Positions 54,849-63,808 of a stretch of 64,000 bases of DNA are shown here, one piece after another; position 1 is the stretch's first letter; the number at the start of each line of letters is the position of its first letter. Both the position numbers and the translations under genes were made by a program. This stretch comes from a virus (taxonomy: Duplodnaviria > Caudoviricetes). The DNA lies in the IMG/VR virus record IMGVR_UViG_3300020152_000023, positions 1,631 through 65,630 of that record. The stretch is one strand, 5' to 3'. Under the pieces are notes generated by a model. The model saw only the letters and a list, made by a program, of their open reading frames with translations. It did no database searches and had not been told where the DNA came from.

Positions 54849-57158
54849 TCAATCCTTCACAAAGATTTTGGAGATGAACCCGGCCGATGCGAGCGGGAGA
54901 TCGGGAGCCCACGACGGCCGCCGGCTCATCGCCTCTTGAAGCTGCGCCAGCTTCTCTTCCGCTTCGTCCTCCGGGCAAAGGCCCACGATCTGATCGTGGA
55001 CGTGAATCCGCACGTCGATGTCATACTCGCGCTTGGCGATCATCATGCCGTGGGCGATGAGATCGCGGCTAATCGCTTGGTCGGCGTTCTCGGTGATCTT
55101 GCCGGGGTGGGTGGCTTGGCGAAACCATTGCTTCTTATCGTTGAGGCCCTCGTAGGTGATTTGCTCGCGCTTCTCGCCCCACGGCGTCTTGCGCATTTCG
55201 AGGCGCGGCCGGCAATAGTGGAGCGCCCGGCCCGAGGGCAGGATCATGCGGCAAAACGGCCCCTTGATATCGAACCGGATCATATGGTGGCGGGTAGGCT
55301 GGCCGGTGCGAATGCACTTCCGCATGGCCCGTTCGATGTCGTACCAGAAGTCTTTCACCTCATCGAATTCGCGGCGGAACGTGTCAACCGAGAGCTTCGA
55401 CTGATCGGCCGTGAATTCCTTAATCCCCATGTTCCATGCGTAGCCGAGAAGCCCGGTGGCCTCCATCTCGGCCGTCTTCGGATTGTACTTTTCCTCGCCC
55501 GCGCCGAGCATGTAGCCGCAGCCGAGCACGCCCGGCTTTGAGATCGTGCGCTTTGTGCCGTCGCCTGCCTTGTACTCGGCAAGTCGCTCATCGTATGTGC
55601 CGCCGAAGAGATGGGTGGCGAAGTCAATGTAGGGGTCGCGGTTGAGTTCGAAGACTCGAAGGATTTTGCGGCATTTGGCGATCCAGCCGAGCACGCGGTT
55701 TTCGATGGCATTCAAGTCGGCGTCGATAAACACAAAGCCGTCTGGAGCCTGCGCGCACGGGCGGATGCAGGACGTGAGGACATCCATGGCATCGGGCCAT
55801 AGGAGCTTCAAGGCCGGCGCGTAGAGCTTGGCAATGTGCTCGGCCGCGAGCGCGATGTTCTTTTCTATGTGTTTGGTGGCCGGCCGAGGTAGGTTCTGCG
55901 CTTGGAAGGAGCGGCCCGCCCAACGCCACGTCCTGCCCGCCCCGGCGAACTGAAATGCGTTGCGGATGACGACGTTCTGCGGGTCGCTCGCATCACTGTA
56001 ATCCACGAGGGCGAAGTATTTTTTAGGGCTCGCCTTGGCCGCACGAATCCGCAGCCATAGCACCCGGCGAATGACCGCGATTTCTTCCCACTCGGCGTTC
56101 CAACTATAGGCTTGCCCGGCGCGTGCGGAATCCAGCACCGCTTCGACAATGGACTCTTCCTCATTGGCATCAACGTTCCATTCCTTGAGCTGCTCGGCCG
56201 CCCGTTCCTCGCCGCGACGCACATGACCGGCCTTGAGATCATCGAACGGATAGCCGCGCGCCTTGAGCCACTTCAGGAGCTGCGGCGTCGAGTTCGGATT
56301 GTCAAGCCCCGTGAGATATCCCAGCTCTTCCAGCGTCTCATCCACCAAATCGGTGTAGATCGTGATCGCATTGCGGACCATGGCCATGTTGATAGGGATG
56401 CCGGCCTCATTGATTTCCTGATCGAGGAACCATGCCTCCCACTCGCGCGGCGGGAGATCATAAGGCTTCAGGCGCTTGTAAATGCCGCGCTCGGCGGCCA
56501 CGTCCGTCCGATTATAGAGCTTGAATTCGTTCCAGTCGGCCGGCGCATCCCATGGCATCCACCGTGTCGATTTGTTCGTCTTGGTCGGCTTCCTCGGCAT
56601 GCAGAACTTGCGGATGAGCGCCTTGCCGCGCTTCATTTTCGCTTGGTCTTCCGGAAGCTCGACAACCTTGCCGGCCTTCTCCAGCGAGCCGGGGAGGGAG
56701 CATGTGAACGCCATCACCATCGGGTCGCGCCATTGCTCATGCGGCACATAGAGCCGCAGAACGTGCCGCCAGATGGCCCACTCGAAGGGCTTGTTCCACG
56801 CGAACTTGACGGCCTTGGGGTCTTCCATCATCTCGCGGAGATCGGCCGGCATCGGCTCGCCCTCGGCCGGAAGCCATTGCAAGATGTCCTCATCGTCGCA
56901 GGCGTAGGCACACATGAGAACTTCGGTGCTTGGGTGACGGGCGTAGACATCCGAGCCCACGTCCATCACCGAAACATCGCAGTAGGTTTCAAAATCGTGA
57001 TGCAGGCGGTAGAACCCGCCGAGATCGCGGATGGCCTTGTTTGCCGCGCGCGCGGCGGCCTCGACCACCGAGCGCGGCAAGCCCCATCGCTCTGCGCCGA
57101 CGGCCAGCCGCTCCATATACCATCGGATGAGATTGTCGGACATTCGAGCCTCGGGCAA
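54849..57158 (-). CDS. DNA polymerase family A with 3'-5' exonuclease (start may be MSDNL at about 57143)
   Basis: Exo I HDFETY; Exo III YNRTDV; motif A DADLNAIENRV; motif B R...K...LG..Y; motif C HVHDQIV. Confidence 0.93.
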   Translation of the reverse strand: MPEARMSDNLIRWYMERLAVGAERWGLPRSVVEAAARAANKAIRDLGGFYRLHHDFETYCDVSVMDVGSDVYARHPSTEVLMCAYACDDEDILQWLPAEGEPMPADLREMMEDPKAVKFAWNKPFEWAIWRHVLRLYVPHEQWRDPMVMAFTCSLPGSLEKAGKVVELPEDQAKMKRGKALIRKFCMPRKPTKTNKSTRWMPWDAPADWNEFKLYNRTDVAAERGIYKRLKPYDLPPREWEAWFLDQEINEAGIPINMAMVRNAITIYTDLVDETLEELGYLTGLDNPNSTPQLLKWLKARGYPFDDLKAGHVRRGEERAAEQLKEWNVDANEEESIVEAVLDSARAGQAYSWNAEWEEIAVIRRVLWLRIRAAKASPKKYFALVDYSDASDPQNVVIRNAFQFAGAGRTWRWAGRSFQAQNLPRPATKHIEKNIALAAEHIAKLYAPALKLLWPDAMDVLTSCIRPCAQAPDGFVFIDADLNAIENRVLGWIAKCRKILRVFELNRDPYIDFATHLFGGTYDERLAEYKAGDGTKRTISKPGVLGCGYMLGAGEEKYNPKTAEMEATGLLGYAWNMGIKEFTADQSKLSVDTFRREFDEVKDFWYDIERAMRKCIRTGQPTRHHMIRFDIKGPFCRMILPSGRALHYCRPRLEMRKTPWGEKREQITYEGLNDKKQWFRQATHPGKITENADQAISRDLIAHGMMIAKREYDIDVRIHVHDQIVGLCPEDEAEEKLAQLQEAMSRRPSWAPDLPLASAGFISKIFVKD

Positions 57159-57193
57159 TGGGGCCGCCCGCCATGGAGCGGCCCCGACACGGA

Positions 57194-57829
57194 TTAGACC
57201 AGCGAGTCGATCTCTTCATCATCCGTGTATTCGCCGTCCGGATCGTACATGTCGTCGCCTTCGTCGGCCTCGATCTCGGCGAATTTCTCGCGCGTATCGA
57301 CAGGTCCGCCACCGCCGAATGCGGGACCATCCTTGACGAACTGGACGGCTTCTACCGAGGCGTTGAGCCTCTTACCGTACTCGGTGCTGTCTTGTGCCCA
57401 CAAGCGAACGAGCATGTTGACGACGCAGCCCGAATAGAGCTTGCCCTTTTTGGCAGGCAACCACTCGCCCTTGCCATCCTTGAACTTGGTGATGAGCTGG
57501 GGCTGTTTCTTGTTGGACGCCGAGATGTAGTAATGCCCGGCATAGCCCTCGTAATCTTCTTCATCGCCATCGCGAACACAAACTTGGTTCGCCTTGAGCC
57601 GGGGCTGTTTGTTGCCCCATTTCTTTTCCTTCACTTGTTCCGACGCCTTTTTGAGCTTGGCAAGATTTCGCTTGCCCTCGGCGGTCGTCTTGGAAATCAG
57701 ACCGTTGGCCTGATACTTGAGCGTCGTTTCGCCTTTGTCGCTCTTCTGCTCTTTCGGCTCATCCAAGTGCGCGAACGACAGCCGCACGTTGGTCAATAGG
57801 ACTTCTCCCACGGGGGTTTCAGCCATCAT
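57194..57829 (-). CDS. DUF2815 family single-stranded DNA-binding protein
   Basis: NVRLSFA.L.EP, RDGD, YSGC.V, A.VEAVQFVKDG..FGG; acidic tail. Confidence 0.9.
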   Translation of the reverse strand: MMAETPVGEVLLTNVRLSFAHLDEPKEQKSDKGETTLKYQANGLISKTTAEGKRNLAKLKKASEQVKEKKWGNKQPRLKANQVCVRDGDEEDYEGYAGHYYISASNKKQPQLITKFKDGKGEWLPAKKGKLYSGCVVNMLVRLWAQDSTEYGKRLNASVEAVQFVKDGPAFGGGGPVDTREKFAEIEADEGDDMYDPDGEYTDDEEIDSLV

Positions 57830-59070
57830 TCTTCTCCATCTTCCTCATCTGCCTCGATACCCTCGAAATGCACCATGTTCGAAGGAATTGCCTTGCGGCC
57901 GTCGGTGATCGGCACCAACATCGGTTTTGCCTCGGATTGCGACACGTAAACGGCAACATCTTCCTCATACCGCTTCTTCCCGATCAGCTCTTGCAGCGCG
58001 GCCGGCGTGATCGGAACCCAAGCTTTGTCAGGGTCCACGTTCGTATCCAGATAGGTTTCGACTTGACGCTTGTATTCGTCCCGCCATTTGCGATGACCGC
58101 GATTGCCGGGCACCGCCTTGATCATGGGTGTGGGCCGGCCCTTCTGGTAGTCGAACATGATCTCATCGCCGAGCATCTTCAGCCACCGCGTGATGGCCTT
58201 GCGATGCAGCCACACATAGGACCGGCGCTCGGGTGTCCACGTCTCGAAGTCGGTCGGGAGGTTCGGCGTAACATCCAGCTCGATTCCCTCATCGATATCC
58301 TCGAATTTCAGGCCGATCATGCGCAAATTGTACGCCGCATATTCCACGCATTGAGGCTGGAACTTGCAGTACCGGCATTGCTTCTCGCCGGGGATGCGCG
58401 GCGCGTCGGGATCATAGGTCGCGGCCGCATCGATCCGGATATTGTCGCCCTCGGCCAAGAGCCATTCCATGGTGGTTTCCCACTCACCCCCGCCGCCGGG
58501 CACGCGCGGTTGCCAGATGATGAGCTTGACCGTGATATCAACCGGATTCCAGTTAAATATCTCGCCGGCCACCGTCTCCCAGACACCGAGGGCATAAAGA
58601 ATTTCTTGGTCGTTTTCGACAGGAGAGACGGAGATTTTGCCGTATTTCCAATCGAAAACTATGATCTCCCGGCGATCCGGGTAGATGATAATCACGTCCG
58701 ACGTGCCGAAGCCGCCGAGTTCCAAGGTATAGGGCTCGATCCTTACTTGCTCTTCGATCCGGACAATACATCCCGGCTCCATGAGCGATTCGAGAAGATC
58801 GAGGCCGCCGATCATATTGTCTACCATCTCTTGATTAAAAGAGACGGTATGCCCCGACACAATCCGGGTTTCACCTTGCGGGAGCATCTGCGGATCAATC
58901 CCCGTAATCAGGCAGATTTCCGCAGCCTCGTGAAACACCGTTCCTTCGGCGGCCTCGCGCCCAACGCGGTCGGGTAGACCGCGCTCGGCGTTGATCTTGC
59001 CGGGGCATCGCCGCCAGCCATGCGCGCCAGACGGCGACCGAGTTGAATGCTCTTGGATTTGCTCGGTCAC
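57826..59070 (-). CDS. DUF2800 / Cas4-like PD-(D/E)xK exonuclease
   Basis: SPS.A..W..CPG, A.EGT..HE, FGTSD, DWKYG, N.Q...YALG, QPR, QCRYC....C. Confidence 0.9.
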   Translation of the reverse strand: MTEQIQEHSTRSPSGAHGWRRCPGKINAERGLPDRVGREAAEGTVFHEAAEICLITGIDPQMLPQGETRIVSGHTVSFNQEMVDNMIGGLDLLESLMEPGCIVRIEEQVRIEPYTLELGGFGTSDVIIIYPDRREIIVFDWKYGKISVSPVENDQEILYALGVWETVAGEIFNWNPVDITVKLIIWQPRVPGGGGEWETTMEWLLAEGDNIRIDAAATYDPDAPRIPGEKQCRYCKFQPQCVEYAAYNLRMIGLKFEDIDEGIELDVTPNLPTDFETWTPERRSYVWLHRKAITRWLKMLGDEIMFDYQKGRPTPMIKAVPGNRGHRKWRDEYKRQVETYLDTNVDPDKAWVPITPAALQELIGKKRYEEDVAVYVSQSEAKPMLVPITDGRKAIPSNMVHFEGIEADEEDGEE

Positions 59071-59083
59071 CGCCTGCCCCGGA

Positions 59084-59515
59084 TTAGACTACGGAATCGC
59101 CGTCGTCGCCACCGCCATCGCCACCGAACTCGGCCAGCACGTCGTCAACATCCTCGCCCTCAATGACGCGATCCAGAATCGCGAAGGCGTCGGGCCAGAT
59201 GCTCGGATCAGCTTCGGTCATCTTCGGCACGTCGAAATGGCCGTTGATCTTCTTCACGATGGCAACGCGCTCATCGCGTTCGTCCTTGTCGGTGACCTTG
59301 AGGTACTCGCCGAACTTCTTCTGCACGTCCTCAAGCTTGATCTTCTTCGGGCCGGCCGGCTTGGTCCCGCCGGGTTTGGTTCCGGCCGGCTTGGTCCCGG
59401 CGTCGCCAGATGCCGCACCGCCGGCCTTGCCGCTCGCCTTCACGAATGATTCGAGGGCGGTGGTATGCTTGTTGAGCGCTTCAGTCAGCGCCCTCATTTC
59501 AGCTTCGATTGGCAT
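59084..59515 (-). CDS. Conserved hypothetical protein with short GTKP[AG] repeats
   Basis: SD AAGGAG; GTKPAGTKPGGTKPAG linker; first gene of the leftward replication operon. Confidence 0.75.
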   Translation of the reverse strand: MPIEAEMRALTEALNKHTTALESFVKASGKAGGAASGDAGTKPAGTKPGGTKPAGPKKIKLEDVQKKFGEYLKVTDKDERDERVAIVKKINGHFDVPKMTEADPSIWPDAFAILDRVIEGEDVDDVLAEFGGDGGGDDGDSVV

Positions 59516-59584
59516 ATGTTCTCCTTATGATCACGGTGAGCCGGGGTCAATTGACCATTTTCCGTATAGGCCTGCGCAAAGGGA

Positions 59585-59613
59585 CTTGTCAACAATTAGT
59601 TGGCAGTTTATAT
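59585..59613 (+). promoter_or_regulatory. Promoter with operator variant in the divergent control region
   Basis: CTTGTC-N17-TTATAT; TCAACAATTAGTTGG at 59589-59603. Confidence 0.7.
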
Positions 59614-59639
59614 GCAATCTCGATATCAGGAGCCCCGGA

Positions 59640-59915
59640 ATGAACCCAACGGAAACGCTGCATGACTTGCTCATCCGAGCGTGCCCCCCGCATAGCCGGC
59701 AACAGAATTCGGCCGGCCGGTGGGTCTATCTCCCCGATGAAAAAGGCTCGTACAAAAGTATCGCGATCCTCGCAAGCCTGCTCGGGATGTCGGCGTGGGG
59801 CGTCCAAAAGTGGTGCAAATCCAACCATATCCCCCCGCGCCGGGCGGCGCAGATCGTGGACTTGAACCCCGGCGAAGTCTCTCTTGCGGATTTTGGCCGC
59901 TTCATTTACATGTGA
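59640..59915 (+). CDS. Cro-like HTH transcription regulator
   Basis: IAILASLLGMSAWGVQKW.....IPP.RA..IV; SD AGGAG. Confidence 0.75.
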   Translation: MNPTETLHDLLIRACPPHSRQQNSAGRWVYLPDEKGSYKSIAILASLLGMSAWGVQKWCKSNHIPPRRAAQIVDLNPGEVSLADFGRFIYM

Positions 59916-59982
59916 TTTCCTTGTGAGAGCTACCAACTTCTCGTAGTCTCTTGCTTACAAGGCTTCCTGACAGGATTCGGAC

Positions 59983-60222
59983 ATGGCGTATGTTGTGGAC
60001 CGGCGGGACAACCGCTGGAATGATGCCGTTTGGCGTACAGAAACCCTTCTCTTGCTGATGTCCGAACACGGGCTCACCGTGGCGGATATTGCCCATTATT
60101 TCGGCCGCGCCACCAGCACCGTCTCCCACTGGCGATCCGGGCTCCACGTCGTCATCCCCAAGGATACCTTGCGTCTCCTGATGCTCGAATTGGCGCTCGG
60201 GGGTAAGAATGCCATCACATAA
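59983..60222 (+). CDS. XRE-type HTH protein
   Basis: LMSEHGLTVADIAHYFGRATSTVSHWRSG. Confidence 0.75.
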   Translation: MAYVVDRRDNRWNDAVWRTETLLLLMSEHGLTVADIAHYFGRATSTVSHWRSGLHVVIPKDTLRLLMLELALGGKNAIT

Positions 60223-63208
60223 GCATAACCTGATAACCGTAAGGTGGTCTGAAGGCTCGGGTAAAAATCTCGCCAAGACTAAGAACATGTCGGCTCACTG
60301 GCCGAAGTTCTATAAACAGTTCGAAAAGCCGTTTGTCACGCCTGAGAAGCGCAAAGCTTTCGACAAGATGTCGAAAGAGCAACAGGACGATCTCAAAAAG
60401 ATCAACGGGTGGGTGTCCGGTGCGCAGTTCGAAGGCAAATGGCGCAACAAGCGCAACTTGCTTCCGCGCAACTTGGTCACCATCGATATCGACTATGCGC
60501 CGGATCACATCCTTGAGCTGATCGAGCTGGGGTTGATCGGCGTCAACATGTATGTCGGCCTTTGGCATTCGTCCCGGCGGCATACCCCCAAGAGCCCCCG
60601 CGTGCGCGGCTTCTTCCCGCTCTCGCGCGAGGTGACGACTGACGAGTACACGGCTATCGTCCGTCATCTCGGCAAGCTCATTGACGAAGACATGAAAACC
60701 GTCGATCCGGTGAGTTACCGGCCGGCGCAGATGATGTTCCGGCCGACGTGCTCGGTGGACGACGCCAAGCACTACTTCTTCCACCTCCAGTCGGACGACT
60801 CGCATGAGGTGATCGACGCCGACGACATGCTTGCCGAGATAGACCGCCGCTATGGCGACTGGCGCGATCACGCATGCCTGCCCCGACATCCCGACGAAGA
60901 GAAGTACCGCCGCCGGGCCGACAAGGCCGAAGACCCTCTTGAGAAGCAAGGCCCCGTCGGTGACTTGTGCCGCGCCTACCCCGATATCGAGGTGGGCATG
61001 GAGCACTTCCTAGAGGGCGTCTACACGCCCGGCGACACGGACGGCCGCTACACCTATGCCGGCGCAACCAGCTCCAACGGCGCGGTCATCTACGAAGGCA
61101 AATTCCTCTATTCGCACCATGGCACCGATCCGGTTTGCGATCAGCTCGTGAACCTTTGGGATTTGGTTCGCATCCACAAGTTCGGCGATCTCGACACCAA
61201 GGGCGACGATTACGAGCACATGCGCGACCGGCCGAGCTGGAAAGCGATGATGGATTTCGTCAAGCGCGATCCGGGCTATCGCGATGAGCAAGTGGCGCGT
61301 AAGTTTTCAGCAATCCACGAGCGTTTCTCTGAAGAGGTTGAGGCAGATGAATCGGATGGCGATGGTTCTGAGGATGGCGGAGAGGGAGAATCTGAGCCTG
61401 AAACAGACGGCGAGACTCCTTCGAGCCGTCGAGATAATCGAGGATCAGGAACGCGCCACGATACGCGCTCTCGAAGCCATGAACGAACGTCTTCGGCAAA
61501 TGGGCCGCGAGATCGTGGAGATGATGACGGAGAAAGTAGCTCACCAGATGGTGACAGCGATGGCGACGCTACCGACGACGGCTGGAAATCCGCTTTTGAA
61601 GGCATCGAACCTGAAGAAGGCCAACCGGACGACTACGATCCATTCGAAGACCTTGTGGGCTCCGGCCCCCGGCAAAAAGCTTCATCATCCAAGGCCCGCA
61701 AAGCGCGGACGTTCGACAAGCCGTCGTCTCGGTGGCTAACCCGGCTGATCGATTACACCGACAACGGCGAGATCAAGCCGACGGTGACCAACATCCAGAC
61801 GATCTTGCGCAACGATAAGCGATTCTGGGGCAAGATCGCGTTCAACGAGCTGAATCAGAACATCGTCCTCCTAGACGACATCGATCCGGGCATTCCGGGC
61901 TTGCCCAAGCTGCGCTGCGCCGATAGGTTCAATGGCGACCGCTGGCAGGACCACATGTCGGGCATCCTGCATCTTGTGCTCGAAGCGCAGCATTCCGACG
62001 ATATCGCCGGATTCGGCATGCGAGTGGGCATTTCCGACGTAGAAATGGCACTGGCCGCCGTCGCAAGAGGCAATAATTTCAACCCCGTCACAGAGCACTT
62101 GTTGAGCTTGGAGGGCTCACATGACGGGGAGGCGCGAGCCCCTACGTTGTTCGTAGACTATTTCGGGGAGCCCGACTCTCCCTACGTTCGCGAAGTCGCC
62201 ATGCTGGCGCTCATCGCCTCGATAGATCGCGCGTTCAATCCCGGCCACAAATGGGATAACATGATGATCATCGAAGGCCCGCAGGGTTGCCGGAAATCCA
62301 CGTTCGTCCATAACCTCTCGCCCGATCCGAAGTGGTTCGGTGAGCTGCACGCGCGGCTTGACGACTTCGGCCGCATCGCCGAGCAAGTCGCCGGCTACTG
62401 GATCATCGAAATGCCCGAGCTGGCGGGCTTCACAAAGACCGACGCCAACCACCTCAAATCGTTCACCCGCAAGCGGAAGGACGACTGGCGCATGGCCTAT
62501 GGCCGGCACGTCACCGAGTTGCCCCGGCGCTTCTCTCTATGGGGCACAACGAACCAATCCAAGGTTCTGAAAGACGACACCGGCAACCGCACCTACCTCA
62601 TGCTCAAGGTGCTCGTGCCGAAGATCGACACCAACAAGCTCACGGCCAACGTCAACCAAATCTGGGCCGAGGCGATGGTAGCATGGCGCGCCGCGCGCGA
62701 AGCGGAGCCGATGGGTGATTTGACACTGGAGCTGAAGAGCGATGAGGCCAAGGCCGAGGCGCTCGCCCGGCAACAGACGGCCCGGCTCGAGTCTCACGTC
62801 GAGCGGCTTGTTCGCGAAGCGTTGGATTGGGCCGAGCAACCGTTGCCCCTGAAGACGCTCATGGAAGAGATGGGCATCGCGGATCGTATGGACGAGAAAT
62901 TTGAGGAAGGCCCCGGCAAAAGGCTCGTGCGCCGAACATGCTTCCGAGAGAAAGACTTGCGCCTGCATTGCTTCGGGCTCGACAAGACGACTTTCAATCA
63001 ACAAACCGATGCGGCGATCCAGCACGTTCTCGAAATCTTGCCGAAGAATGGTTGGGTGAAAGTCGGTGACCGAGATCATAAGAAAACCCGGTTCGGTAAA
63101 CAACGAGATGGCGGGATCACCGGCATATGGTGGGAGCGCACCGACGCGCCGGGAGGTGCCGTCATTCGTGGTTACGAGTTCATGGAAGATGACGAAGACC
63201 TGATATAG
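60209..63208 (+). CDS. Primase-helicase (N-terminal primase-like, C-terminal VirE/VapE SF3-type ATPase)
   Basis: TIDID, HSS..HT...PR.R, YSHH.TDP; Walker A EGPQGCRKST, IIEMPEL, R.AY, WGTTN...LKDDTGNR. Confidence 0.9.
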   Translation: MPSHKHNLITVRWSEGSGKNLAKTKNMSAHWPKFYKQFEKPFVTPEKRKAFDKMSKEQQDDLKKINGWVSGAQFEGKWRNKRNLLPRNLVTIDIDYAPDHILELIELGLIGVNMYVGLWHSSRRHTPKSPRVRGFFPLSREVTTDEYTAIVRHLGKLIDEDMKTVDPVSYRPAQMMFRPTCSVDDAKHYFFHLQSDDSHEVIDADDMLAEIDRRYGDWRDHACLPRHPDEEKYRRRADKAEDPLEKQGPVGDLCRAYPDIEVGMEHFLEGVYTPGDTDGRYTYAGATSSNGAVIYEGKFLYSHHGTDPVCDQLVNLWDLVRIHKFGDLDTKGDDYEHMRDRPSWKAMMDFVKRDPGYRDEQVARKFSAIHERFSEEVEADESDGDGSEDGGEGESEPETDGETPSSRRDNRGSGTRHDTRSRSHERTSSANGPRDRGDDDGESSSPDGDSDGDATDDGWKSAFEGIEPEEGQPDDYDPFEDLVGSGPRQKASSSKARKARTFDKPSSRWLTRLIDYTDNGEIKPTVTNIQTILRNDKRFWGKIAFNELNQNIVLLDDIDPGIPGLPKLRCADRFNGDRWQDHMSGILHLVLEAQHSDDIAGFGMRVGISDVEMALAAVARGNNFNPVTEHLLSLEGSHDGEARAPTLFVDYFGEPDSPYVREVAMLALIASIDRAFNPGHKWDNMMIIEGPQGCRKSTFVHNLSPDPKWFGELHARLDDFGRIAEQVAGYWIIEMPELAGFTKTDANHLKSFTRKRKDDWRMAYGRHVTELPRRFSLWGTTNQSKVLKDDTGNRTYLMLKVLVPKIDTNKLTANVNQIWAEAMVAWRAAREAEPMGDLTLELKSDEAKAEALARQQTARLESHVERLVREALDWAEQPLPLKTLMEEMGIADRMDEKFEEGPGKRLVRRTCFREKDLRLHCFGLDKTTFNQQTDAAIQHVLEILPKNGWVKVGDRDHKKTRFGKQRDGGITGIWWERTDAPGGAVIRGYEFMEDDEDLI
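61347..61739 (+). CDS. Putative overprinted gene (+1 frame) inside the primase linker
   Basis: GAGG SD before ATG 61347; codons end mainly in G/C in this frame but often A/T in the primase frame; amphipathic helical product. Confidence 0.45.
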   Translation: MNRMAMVLRMAERENLSLKQTARLLRAVEIIEDQERATIRALEAMNERLRQMGREIVEMMTEKVAHQMVTAMATLPTTAGNPLLKASNLKKANRTTTIHSKTLWAPAPGKKLHHPRPAKRGRSTSRRLGG

Positions 63209-63218
63209 GAGACGACAA

Positions 63219-63467
63219 ATGAAATGGATCATAGCCAAAACCAAAAGCGGCGATCTACAGTTCGTCCGTACCGACTGGATTTTAGCAAACGAGGTTGTCG
63301 GAAACATCACCTATCTCGCTTGGAAAGACGGAGGAAATTGCTGCGAATCGGGAATTTGCTTTACGGGTGATCTCGGTAGCTGGAGTGATATGCAGGAATT
63401 CGAAATGACGGACGCTATGAAAAACCGGGCCTTCAAATTCGAACAAAATGTTTTTAGTGACGATTGA
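63219..63467 (+). CDS. Hypothetical protein, lower GC
   Basis: SD AGGAG; followed by a terminator. Confidence 0.6.
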   Translation: MKWIIAKTKSGDLQFVRTDWILANEVVGNITYLAWKDGGNCCESGICFTGDLGSWSDMQEFEMTDAMKNRAFKFEQNVFSDD

Positions 63468-63499
63468 TACCCACACCCGTAACATTTACCCACACCAGT

Positions 63500-63524
63500 A
63501 GCCCGGCCGCGTGCCGGGCTTTTT
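63500..63524 (+). terminator. Rho-independent terminator
   Basis: AGCCCGGC-CGCGT-GCCGGGCT-TTTT. Confidence 0.8.
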
Positions 63525-63532
63525 CGTGCCGG

Positions 63533-63808
63533 GTGATACCCCAAGTGATACCCCATACACCCTCTGAAAAAAGCCTGTAAAATCAATCACTGATACCCTG
63601 ATACCCCAAACCGGCTTAATTTTCCAATTAGGGCTCCCGGCCATTTTCAAGTTCCATTTCGCTTAAAATGCACCTCTGTTTCGGATTCTAGAAGATAGTC
63701 AAATTTTGCCATTTATGGGGTATCGGGGTATCAAGCATTGAAATCATTAGTGAATTTTGAAACCCCAGCCCAAAATCGTGGGGTATCGCTGGGGTATCAG
63801 GGGTATTT
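63533..63808. repeat. Inverted iteron-like GATACCC(C) array around an AT-rich core (candidate origin)
   Basis: GATACCC copies at about 63535, 63547, 63592 and 63600; inverted GGGGTAT(C) at about 63717, 63725, 63780, 63791 and 63800. Confidence 0.75.

Noticed and set aside
22564-58977. Long plus-strand ORFs opposite structural and replication genes (e.g. 22564-24036, 34464-35783, 44478-46487, 47506-49260, 57868-58977)
   Set aside because: Antisense shadows of GC3-rich genes: no SDs or recognisable motifs, and they fully overlap well-supported minus-strand genes.
59925-59950. Sixth operator copy (CCAACTTCTCGTAGT)
   Set aside because: Only one half-site matches, so it was not counted.
54849-63208. 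Intein or intron in PolA or the primase
   Set aside because: No C/S...HN intein termini or LAGLIDADG motifs. The polymerase motifs are contiguous and the primase insert is a low-complexity linker.
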